Shown here: one piece after another, positions 1-12,400 of the stretch
Position numbering within the stretch: position 1 is the stretch's first letter
How the letters are laid out: every line of letters begins with the position of its first letter
NCBI GenBank assembly: GCA_030141605.1
Contig: JAQGDQ010000055.1
Location: forward strand, 124,001 to 188,000
Direction of reading: 5' to 3'
Origin: Tubiluchus corallicola
Taxonomy: Eukaryota; Animalia; Priapulida
Length of the DNA: 64,000 bases
Program-made: the position numbers and the translations under genes
Notes under the pieces: model-generated
The model's input: the letters and a program-made list of their open reading frames with translations, nothing else
The model's database searches: none
What the model was told of the DNA's origin: nothing

Positions 1-214
1 GAATGCCGGGAAAACTTTGTTGGTGAGAACTGTGATTCCTGCAATGCTGGATATTATGGTTATCCGGACTGCTGGCCCTGTGACTGCAACTCTTACGGGA
101 CTCTTGGAGACGTGTGCCATGCTGGCGGCGGTAACTGCCCTTGCAAATACAACTTCGACGGGCCTCAGTGTGACCAATGCGCGGCGGGTTTCTATCAATT
201 TCCAGATTGTCTGC
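1..214 (+). CDS. LanA: laminin alpha exon 1 (5' truncated; LE repeats)
   Basis: ECRENFVGENCDSCNAGYYGYPDCWPCDC...FYQFPDCL; donor GTAAGT at 215. Confidence 0.9.
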
Positions 215-3200
215 GTAAGTCCGTAATTTATTTGTTGTGAGACAAAGCTCAGCTATTGACAACTACTAGAGAACAGTATTGATGTGTACTTTACATACAC
301 ACAGTTTTAGGTAGTTCTATTGTTTTGTAACTATCGATTGTAACTGTAGTAATGTAAACACAACTCAAATATCTAAATGAAAAGTGGATAGAACGATAGT
401 ATATATCATTTTTATTCACATATCGAAATGCAATACATCGACAAGTTAGTATAATAGTAGCAATATAAATAACTAAAAAATTAAAAGTGTTAGTAACATA
501 GTTTCAAATTCATCATACACAAATCCAGTTATTAATATCTTGCTGTTCAACATCCAATAAAGTTCATATGCTATCCAATCATTAAAACTATAATTATCAT
601 TGTAATAATGTACAAAAATGTTATTTTTTTCCAACGTTGTTAAGCTACTGTGAGTATTTTAGATTGACAATGTACTCAAGTGTTCATTATTGGAGTTTAT
701 GCTCACGAATAGAATTTTTACAAAAACTTAATACTTTTTTGTTAATCATAATTGGTTGCATTACCTGTGCTGATATGGCATAGAACAGTACTACTTAAAC
801 AGTAGCTGACAGCCTTAATATTACTTCTTACACCAGCCTGTTATCTTAACCTGCTTAGCATGTTGCAAAATTATAACCTGGTTGGCCCTGGTTAGGGTCA
901 GCCTTGCAATGTTTCATCAAACTCTTTTATAGCTAATGTTTCTGGGACATTTTCTAAGTGATTCATCAATGTCAACAGTTTGTTGAAGTGCACTGATTTT
1001 CTATTTTTCATGAGTTTGTAAGAAAAACAGTCAGCTGGGTTTATGGTGAAAAACGCTAAGAACTTTTTTATTTTAGCCTGCAACTGTTCCCAATATGGTG
1101 CTATAAATCAGGTATGCGACCTCGAAACTGGACAGTGTCCTTGCGATAACCGCTACACGGAGAGAGCTTGTGATGCGTGTCGACCAGGCACCTGGAATTA
1201 TCCTAATTGTGATTGTAAGTAATATAGCTGTCAGTTTTTCTTATAATTTTTTATACAGATTATTTCTGGGCTGCATACTGTTATGTTTTTGCTGTACGCG
1301 ATAATTAAGATAGAGTGTGTGGTGGCTGACTAGGTGGCTGACCCTGATAAGTTTTCAGTTCTTTCACCACCTACTCACCAACCAGCATTATATTTTATCA
1401 TTACACTCACATCTCGGTTAACCGAACCTCACTCTTACAGATATGGGAAAAATTTGACAAAATCTGTAGACCGTTACTATGGACACAGTCCGTTGTTTCG
1501 CGAACTAACTGCTAGTTACTTATTTACATCATTACATCAGTGTTACCACATGTGTATGTCTATGTACAAAAATATATAATCAACTATGTGGAATTATTTG
1601 AGTCAATTGCTGACAGTTTTTATATACTTTTGCATAGGAGCGGCCCGTACTAGACATTTTTGGCACAATTAGGCCATTGATTCTACATTACCGTGAGTCT
1701 AATACATGGCGCCTACTCTGTTAGCTTAGTATCAGTAAATATGGATGATCGTCAAATTTGAACCGACGTCTTCCCGCTTTTGACCGGCAAACCGAGCTAT
1801 GATTGTATATTTTTCTATATAAATCATCACTGACCCTCGTATTTAATTATCTTATTGTTACATGCTCTGTATTTTGTAAAAGGTGATAAATAACTTACTA
1901 TGTTACTTACTGCATGAGTAAGGCTAGTTTTGCGTTTTTCTATGCAGTTATGGATTTTTAGCTGTAATACTTAGCTTTGTTAAATAAACTATTAACAAGA
2001 AGTGTACCTTTTCACTTTGTTACTTATTTAACGAAGAATTGGCATGTTTTTTTAAAAAATTTTACACCTTAAAAACATGCAGTTTGTTTTCCTTATTATA
2101 ACTCATCTCTTACTGAAGAAGAGTTTTGTGCCTTACTCTTTTTGTGAAAATTGCTAGTACTTCTCAAAAATGCATTACCGCCTGTCATTCAAAGTATCTG
2201 TTTTGGCTTTTTTCAAACTCTTATGTAAAAGTATGATCAGCATAATCGTAAAAAAGATAAAGTATCCATTAAGTCTCAGAAAATTTTATTTTTCACCATT
2301 TTTGTTCTTCAGGTGAATTTTTGAGAATTTTTTAACAAAATTTTTGAGTACTATTTTATTTTCAAGCTATGATCAGCATACTGTAGCTTTAGTATACCTA
2401 TAAAAGTGACTCGTATTTTTTGTTTAAGTTTGCCAGTGTGATCTTGCTGGAGTTACACATGAGGTGTGCGACGTCCATTCTGGCTGGTGTATTTGTAAAG
2501 ATGGGTACACAGGAAGTAACTGTGAACGATGTGATTATGGATATTTCGGATTTCCTGAGTGTGTTGGTAAGTTCATCTTATTTTCGTAATTAAACATCGT
2601 TTCCAAGGAAATGTTGAGGTTGCGATAACATTGTGCAAAATTCTCTTATGTGGTACCAGAAACTGATGTCAATTGTAATTATGTTAATTAATTATACTAA
2701 GTAATAATATTATTTGTTAAGTAATAGTGCACAAACAGTTAGACACTATTACAGCATAGTTTTGTTTAAAAACGTGGTTATGTTTTTAATTAAGCTATGT
2801 AAGAATAGTGTCTAACTTTTATAATCCGTATTATATTAAAACTATTTGCTACTAATGTCTCATTTTTTATGGACTGTCATTTAACATATCAAATTATGTA
2901 GACTGTAGATGTCTTTCTTTCATTGTGGTTAAACCACTTTGAAGTGAGGCCTTTCGTGAATGGCTTTTTTTATGAAGTCCAAATGACTTCATTTTGGTAA
3001 ACACTAGTGGTATGAAAAATGCAAAAACAATTATAAATGCTAAGTGCACTTTTTCTGCCCGAAATTTTCTGTTTATATTTGGAAAACTCTCTTTTGAGTG
3101 TGCTTCTCTTGTGTCTGCATTTCTCTTGTGTGTGTCTCTCTTGTGCATGTGTCTCTCTCATGTGCATCTCTTGGTCACGTGTCTCTCTTATGTGCGTCTC

Positions 3201-3371
3201 TTGTGCATGTGTCTCTTTCGTGTGCATCTCTTGTGCATGTGTCTCTCATGTGTGCGTCATTTGTGCATGTGTCTCTCTCGTGTGCGTCATTTGTGCATGT
3301 ATGTCTTTCGTGTGAATCTCTTGTGCATGTGTCTCTCTCATGTGTGTCTGTTGTGCATGTTTCTCTTGCAT

Positions 3372-3415
<44 letters not shown>

Positions 3416-6400
3416 ATGCATGCGTGTCCTTTAATTCATATGTTGATGTATTTCCATTTTTATTTTAACTATTTTCAGAATGTGGTTGTGATCCGGAAGG
3501 ATCCGAAGGAGAGGCGTGCAATGTAGTCGGACAGTGTCGCTGCAAAGTAAACTTTTCCGGAGAGAAATGTGATCGCTGCGCTTCTGGCTTCTACGACTTT
3601 CCAAGCTGCACAGGTATTTTTTATTTGGCAGTGATAAGACAAAATTGTTTTCTTGCAACCAAGTTTTTGGAATTCATTCAATTCTTTATAAACATATAAA
3701 TCTAAAGCACTACTAGAAAAGACCTGGAAGACCAAATGGGCAGATTTTAATGAAACAAATTTGTTTACTTAGTCAGTCCATATTTACAAAGAATGAAAAA
3801 TTCTTATTCAGCAACAAATGGTAAAGTTATGTTGCTACAGCTTAGATAGATAACTAAAGAAAGGAATCAAATTTTGTCTTGTACCAAATAATTATTTAAA
3901 AAGTACATACAACATGTTTCATGTGAACTTCTACTTCCTTACATTCATTTTCTTTGAAAAGAACTCTGAATTTGTTTTATTTGAAAAGAACTCTAAATTT
4001 TTTAGTAAACTTTGTACGGCAACCGTTGTTGTATATTCAAGAAAACTTAGCCAAACATAGTATCAAAATTAGGAGTTCTCATCCTTTAAGTTTCTAGTTT
4101 CCATTGTTTTGAACAAATCGTTTTAATCAGTAATTGTCAAAAATTTATTCTGACTGTGCTATTATTATGTTCTTGATTTGGTCTGAAGTGTTTTGTATAA
4201 CAAAATTAATTTTGTTTAAAATGGGACGTACAGGGCTTTGAACCCGTTGCTTATGTCACTTGTTCTTGAGTGTAATCAACGAATGTGTTAATTATTTTCT
4301 TTCAGCATGCAATTGTGATCTGCATGGATCCTGGGGTTCTTCATGTAATGATGCTGGCCAGTGCACATGCCGCTACAATTTTGCTGGTTTACAGTGCAAT
4401 TCATGCAAAGATGGCTTCTATAATTATCCACTTTGTGAAGGTATGGCTTGGTTTTGTAAGTGGTTAAAAATCTTTGCTTTATTATTTTTCTTTTAATTTA
4501 TGATATTTCTGTGAATATTTGAAATTAACCTTTTTATTAGAATTTAAAAAATCAAAAGCAGTTCACTTTTCTGAGTGTAAAAGATTGACTCTTTATGAAT
4601 TTGTATTTATCTTTAAATATAATAGTTTTCTCAGTGGTACAGCGTATAACTTATGACTGTTAACAGTATTGTTTAGGAAAATCTGTGTGATACACTTTTT
4701 GATGTACTTATACTATGTATTATTACCACATGGCACTAAAATAAAACTTATTATGTCTTAATTGTTTTAGAGTGCAATTGTGATCCAGCTGGCGTGTCGG
4801 CTACATTTGAAGGGTGTGACTCGGTTGCCCCTGGACAGCTCTGCGAATGCAAAGAAAGGGTAACAGGTATCAAAATTTATTGATTAGTTTGTCTATTGAT
4901 TGCAAGAAATTGGCTTTTGCTAAACAAATTATTTTATTTGAAGTAATTTTTATTGCATTTTTACTCGTAAGATATTTTAATTCTTTAAAACTTTAGTGCT
5001 TTGTAAGAAAGTCCGATGTTAGTACAGTAGGTGCCGCTTATTAGACCCACGGTAAATAGGAAGTCGCCAATGGACTCAAAAATGTCTGGAATGGGCCGCT
5101 CCTGTTCAAATGTACATAAAAGCTGTCAGTAATTGGCTGAAATATCTCCGCATAATTGACTCGATATTTTTCCTTCACATACTTCAAATAAGACACTTGT
5201 GTGTACTCAAAGAGCTTTTACTGCTCTTATGTTTTTTATGCCGATTTTTTCCACTATAATATACGTAGAAACAGTCATGTTAAGTATAGCTTTGTTTGTA
5301 AGCAGGTACAGTACGTTTATCGTATGTGCTAATATCTTAGCCTAGTGATTTTGCTTTGAATCTGGCACCCCCTTGTCCACTGCTGTTAACCTTGTTGTTT
5401 CTAGAAGCTAAACATTTAATCATTTGCCCAGAAGCTGTTTGCTTTTAAAGCTCCTGCTACTTTTCACAATGTCATCACCAACTGCGTGAACATGTACAGC
5501 ATACAGCAACAGATTTTGAACGTTTTTATCTTGTAATATTAACTTCTTGTGAAGAAATGAAGCAACCGACTTCTCATGAATTTTTGTAATATTTGCTTTT
5601 AATAATCGGATTTGTGCGATTTATTATTTCTTTTTTTTATTGATGCACTTACGTAAATTAGTATTCTTAAATAATTACAAATGGGTATTTTTGACATTAA
5701 TTCGTTTCTAAAATTCATATAAAGCCTTTGCTAAGGTGATTAATACTAAGGTGATGAGTGATGACTTATACTTGCACAGTAGTAATATACTAAACCGGTC
5801 GGCTAATTGAATCAGTCGGTTAATTGGGTCAAAACACTTCCATCCCGAAGTAAGCTTATTAAGCGGTGCCTGCTGTATTATGAATTAATTTTCACACATC
5901 AAAAATACATCATCAGACACATCAATAAATTTAAAATAAAACAATTTGAGTAGGGCGAGGTGACTGTATGACCATTTGGTCATTAACAATTTTAAGTGAG
6001 CCATGAAGAGTGAAAAAAATTTAAACAGTTACGAATTCGAAATATCTGTCAGCACAGCAACAAGCAGTAATGTAACTACATATATGTATGTGTGTACGTA
6101 ATGTAACTACATATATGTATGTGTGTACGTAATGTAACTACACATATGTATGTGTGTACATAACATATACTGTTAATTGCTCATAATAGTACCATAATTA
6201 TGATATTTTTTCAGGCCGCATTTGTGATCAATGCAAACCATTGTACTGGAATCTCCGTGCGAATAATCCAGATGGTTGCCAAGGTAAGCTGTAGTTGAAA
6301 TGTCCTTGTTTATGATACAGTATCTTTAAAGACGCAGATTTCAATTTGCATGTGATAAATACATGGAGAACGATTTCTTTGTTTTTGGATAAGTTTCCAG

Positions 6401-9400
6401 TAATTTTCTTGCTTTAGTGGAAGTGGTATGTTTATCACCATCATTTAAGTTTTGAGATAAACTAACCTTTTTAAAATTTCTGTAAGACATCTGATTCAGC
6501 CTGTTTATGTCACGAGAAATGATGTCACGACTTATTTACGTCTACGGCCATATCACATTGAAAACACCGGTTCTCGTCTGATCACCGAACTTAAGCAACG
6601 TAGAGCCTGGTTAGTACTTGGATGGGTGACCACCTAGGAAAACCAGGTGCTGTTGGCTTGCGGGATGCCCACACTGTATCTCGACACTAGGCAGAGGAGC
6701 TGCACAAGCAGCCAACGGCTAGAGGGCGGAGGAGGTCAAGTGACCCAGCAGCCATGTGTAGAGGAGTAAACCTTCCAAATCAGGAGTGGAGCCTGAAATT
6801 TTACATGCTTTTTTATGCTGTATTTGATAATTAAAATTAATTTTAGTTGGAAGACATTCACACATTTTCTTAAATTCTCAAAAGGTGCCATCTTAGCACT
6901 CATGTTTTTTTACAGAATGTGACTGTTGGCTGCCAGGTACTCTGTCCGGCTACAATGTTTGTAGTGGGTCAACTGGGCAGTGTCTGTGTAAACCATACGT
7001 AACATCACGCCGCTGTGATCAGTGTATGCCAGGAACTTACAGCTTGGAAGAAAGCAACTTGTTCGGTTGCCAGCGTGAGTCTCTGAGAGTCTTTATAACT
7101 ATAAAGAAATATGTTTTTGTAGAAATATATAGAATATTAGCTAATGTCATCATTTGAAGTGTTATGCAGTGTTTCCTTACATGTTTCTGTATAGCAAAGC
7201 AGTAGCAGTGTAACTGTGTGTTATTCACGAAAAATGTTGTAAATTCCTCACACTTGTCACTAGTGTAGCTATCTTATAATAGCATTAGATTATTGTAGTT
7301 GTCTCAATAGAGTTTTATCTATTTTTGTCTACAACAAAATGCGTTGCATAAAATGATGCACAGTAACACAGCCAGGTTGTAGAAACAGTTGTGAAATGCC
7401 TGCGAGGAGAAGCATAGCTATGCTATTAAGCTAGAGGGACACTTGTACCTGTTTGGAAGACTTATGTAACAAGAAAAGACTGTTCCTAGTAATTTCAAAT
7501 GCTCGTGCAAACTGCTAAAATGTCACTGCATCACCTCCCCAGCGTGCCCCATTTACTTACCAAAAAACGTATTTTTAATCTTACTAACTAAATACAGAAA
7601 TCTGCGCTTTTGCTTTAGCGAAAAGTGCGTTACGAATGCTCTGATTATTTTTTCAAGCTTTACACAATGTTAACTAAGCATGGTTCATCCCAAGAGTTTA
7701 AATTTTCAAGTTTTATTCAGCGTTGCAGATTAATGCAAAATCTGTGTACAATAAGGCAGTATGTAGGTGATAGAAAATTTCAAAATATTTTTTTGGCTTT
7801 ATGTAAAGCTGTGAATGTTAAGAAAAGAGTTTGCTTTTGCTTAAGTTAAAGAAATAGTCATGAAATGCCTGCACAAATTTGCTGAAAGCCAGTACAGAGC
7901 TTGTTTTTTATTGATGTGTCTTTCGTGCTGCTGTTTTAAAGAAAAATCTGTAACTTGCTTTAAATGACTTCTTTTTCCTTCACATTTAGCCTGTGAATGT
8001 GACATTGGTGGGTCTGACGGTACAGAGTGTGACATCGTCACGGGTCAGTGCCGTTGTCGACCACGTGTGGACGGCAGAGCATGTGACTACCCCATGACCA
8101 ATCACTACTTTCCAACATTATTTCAACATCAGTATGAGATTGAAGATGGGAAAACACCTAGTGGTAGTAGTGCTAGATTTGCTTACTACGAGGATGTATT
8201 TCCGGATTATTCCTGGAGAGGATATGCTATATTCTCTAGAACACAGGTTTGATCCCAACATTTTGTAGTCTTTTAAATTATCAGTTTTGCATCAAATCAT
8301 GTAGTTATATGGTGTCTAAGTCATATTAAGTGATATAGATTTGTTAACAAAACTGACATTGTCAAAAAGGCAGATAAACTTAGATATACATATATTATTT
8401 TAAAACTATTAGTTCTCTAATGCGAACACTATTAACACTGATTTTTGTCTGAAAAGATGCTTGACTCACTGGAGTGCTAATTTGTCCCAAATAAACATTG
8501 CACCAGGTTGTTTCTACTGCTCATAAATCTTGCAAATAAAACAGTCTTTGTTTTTAGCACTATCATTCATTCATCTTTTGCCATAGTTTATTCATTCATC
8601 TTTTGCCATAGTTTATATTGGGTGTAGAATCATTCAACAGCACAAGTCATGGTACACAGAAATGCTTATGCAAAATCCTATTGAAGTCAAAAATTTCTTT
8701 TTAAACTCTGTTCTCTTACCTGCTTTTTAAAACGGTCTCTTATGTGTTTACTAAAAATAAAAAAAATAAAATTACGATAAATGGTAAAGCTCTTCCGTTC
8801 TCAGGTTGAGAACAGACTGATGAGTTGCAAGTTAACCTTGTCTGTCTGCGTAACTGTCAAAATTAACAGTCACACTTAAAAATATCAGTTGCTAATTTAC
8901 ACTTTTTGAAGTGTGTTTGTGCATCAACATCATGCATGAATGTCAATTACAGGGCTGCTTATTAATTTTAAAAAAACACAACAATTTATTAAATACTTTA
9001 GGCCAGAATTGAACCAGGGAGTTTTGAATTACACTCTCAGAGCTGTAGAACATTTGAGCCTTTCTCTTGCAATTAGGATAGGTTCTTATTTAATCCTAGA
9101 ACTTTGCTTATCCTATCAACATTTTTAAGGGTCGGCGCATGGATTTATTTTATTGATTTTTATTACTTAAAATGCTAATGTTAAAGTTATGTCAACTAGT
9201 TTGCCCCCACAACCTGATTTTTATCTTTTAGCCTGAAGTGTTACTGGATTTGTCATTGGAGAAACCTAACATTTACCTTTTGCTGTATCGTTATGTGAAC
9301 CGCGGATTCAACACTATTAAAGCAGTTACTGAAGTAGCTTCAGATACAGAAGGTAGGTTGTTATCAGTATTTTTTTTATTTTTTAGAACTCACTTGATAC

Positions 9401-12400
9401 GTCATTTATTAGGACATTGATTCCTGCATTAAAAGTATTTTCTCGATCTTTTTTTTAATGTAAGTAAATAATGCCATTAAAATAAAATTCCTCTGCAATA
9501 ATTATTCTTTTCTAAAATAATCATCTTTGTTAATTGCTTGTCCCATGATTTGTTTGCTGTGGTTAGCTTGGTAGTATTGATGAACGCTTCCTGTTTATTA
9601 ATAAAAGGGGAGGTCAGATATATTTAAATGTAAAATGTCAGGAAAAATAAATAATAAATCTGTTTTGTGTACATATTTTGTTTATAAATAGATGAAAAAC
9701 ATAGCTTAATAATATAGAACTCAAAATGGTGTCAGTGAATAAAGTTATAAATTATAGTTATTTGTCATAAAATTTACTTATTTCTAATGTTTTAATATTT
9801 TTTCAGGGGCTCAGAAGGGTTATTTGGATCTTCGGCCAGCTTCGTATCCAACATTTGGAATAGTTTCCACTTCCGATGGAGATCCTTATCTATTTGTGTT
9901 GAATGCTGGGGAGTGGACCGTCAGTACGATGATACCGGATCTACTTGATCCTGTCTTTGTGGTTTGTATTAAGTAACAATGTATTGTGGTCTATATTGTT
10001 AAATAAAAATGCGTTTACTGTCTTACGTTTAAACTATAAGATCGCAGCATGTAAAGATTGCGGTGCTGATTGATGTGCTAAACAGCATTTATAGATTGCA
10101 ACATTACAAACTTTTTATTTGCTATTCTACATAAAGATTATTTTTTAACACAGATTATAATACGTTCTCATTACTGCATAAGTACTTTACTCTGAATGTT
10201 CACGTGATATATACTCTTTTTCATATGATATTATCATCTTTATGTACAAATGTAAATGTTTAATGCTAATTTTTTACCATTAGATATTAGTATGTATTGC
10301 GGCAGATCCACGTTTGCTTTTGTAAAGTATCTGCTTTTATTCAAAGAAAGACAAAATTTTCTGGTAATTTTTTTGCAAAGTTGTGAATTTGTCAGCTATG
10401 GTTTTGATTTTTGTTAACAACTTTTTTGCATCAAAGGTTATTTCTTGACATATCTATGTAGTAAGTCCTCACTTAACGATGCTAATGCGTTCCAGCAGAA
10501 TGCACCATTAAGCGAAACGTCGTTAAAGGAAAGCAAGATTTCTGCAGAAAGTAATGTAATAGAACTGAGATACATTACAGAAGAAAAAATATCAATGCTG
10601 CTTAAATCATATAAATTAAACATTTTATAAGTTTTATTCATATTTCTACTGATTAATTTTTTTCGGTTTGCTTGAAACCACCTATCTTTTTTACCAATAT
10701 CTAGTTAGACTTGCTAACAGTTTCTCTTTCCTTAAGGTTGAAGCCTATAAATAGTCAATTAGGGGTTAAACTCTGCGTAGTAAAAGCCAAGCCCTGTATG
10801 GAGCGACCTTGAGACAATTTCATGTTAGTGGCTGTTATAGCAATATGTTGCAAACAAAATTCGTTGGCATGAAGTTTAAACTTTGTTGCCTGGAGGCGTA
10901 TAACTCGGCAAATATGTGTATAGATCTCGCTTGATGCAAACGGCTAGAATTTAGTAGGTAGTCACAGGGAAGCAAAAACATCATAATAATTGGACTGTTT
11001 AGGCTACTAATACATTTCTGGAACAGAATCATTTTTAATGCTTCAAATTAGGTAAAAAAAAGTTGTTGATAAAATAAGAAATGGCTGTGGGCAAAGTAAA
11101 AAAATCGTTGTTAAAATGAAATTTGCGTCGTGAAGTGAGAAAGGGGTGTCAAGTATTCAGCGTCGTTGAGACGAAATGTCGCTAAGTGGGGAGTCATTAA
11201 GCGAGGACTTACTGTATCTATACAACGACGAACTTAATAATCACTGTTTGTAGGATTACTTTGTGCTATTGCCGTCTGATTACTTCGAAGCCAGAATGCT
11301 CAGACAGGATGTGCTTGAACCATGTTCCGTGGAAAACTCTGAGAGCTGCCGAATGTTTGTGTATCCACGCACAACTCAATTCTCGATTGCTCGCGGCGAG
11401 ACGGGATACGTGGGAGTAAATAACGAGAGGATGAGAGTTGCCTTGTATCCGGATACGGAAGTCTTGGAAATTCTGGATAGTTCCGGAATGGCTTGGCTAA
11501 ATGAGAATCAGGTATTTGATGTTTTGGTAGCACGAGATAAATCTGTACCAGACTAATAAGCTTATACTCGTTCCCATATTTAGACATTCATTTATTTTAA
11601 AGTAAAGTTCAAAGCAATTGTTTAAAGGTCAAAGACATTGTTTAGTGCTAAATATATAATTGCCATTTGCTGATTGATGATGCATTATCATTGCCAATCA
11701 CAACACAAAAGCTAACTATAGAAGTGTTGTTTTAACTTCATGTGTCATGAAGATAATTGATTGAATTGTAGTAAATAGGTTTAGGGAGAATTTTTCTAAC
11801 CGATTTGTGTTTTCTTATAATCGAAGATATGGTTAAATAGTATCTTCAAAAAAGACCAATGTTCACTGTTGCTTATTAGATTTTTCTAAAGCATTTGACA
11901 GAGTAAAAATCACAACTTTACTGTCTAAATTGAAAAACCAGTGCAAATTACCTCAACCAATATTAACATTTTTACGTTATGTGTTTACAAATCAGGAAAT
12001 ATGTGTACAATTGAACGGTTGTAAATCATATAAATTTTCTGCCACTAATGGTATAAGGCAGGTACTATCTGGTATTCCATTTACAATTTATGCTAATGAC
12101 CGTTTAGTCTTCAAAAATCTAAGTATGATTGTCATCTGCTAAATGTGTTTTTTGGAGGCGTTGGATTATGCAGATGACATAACTCTCCTTTCCCTGTCTA
12201 CAACCGTCTTAGGAAAATACTTAATATCTGTGCAGTATATACAAAAAGTTGTGATATGTGCTTCAATATTGCAAAATCCAAAGGGATAATATTTGGAAAA
12301 TATAATCGTGTCGACGTGCCTGAAATATATATTAGTGGGAAAAAGCTAAAATGACACAGTAGTGTCACTCATTTAGGGAACAAGTTAACTAACAATCTCG

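Noticed and set aside
2894-3434. Six overlapping ORFs of 80-146 aa
   Set aside because: Artefacts of a stop-poor 30-bp minisatellite and (GT)n
6540-6659. Functional 5S rRNA gene
   Set aside because: Isolated copy, mismatch in the terminal helix and no adjacent oligo-T terminator; kept as pseudogene or SINE head
1-8100. Possible expansion of LE repeats via symmetrical phase-1 exons
   Set aside because: The number and order of LE modules before L4a fit the standard alpha3/5 (LanA) layout
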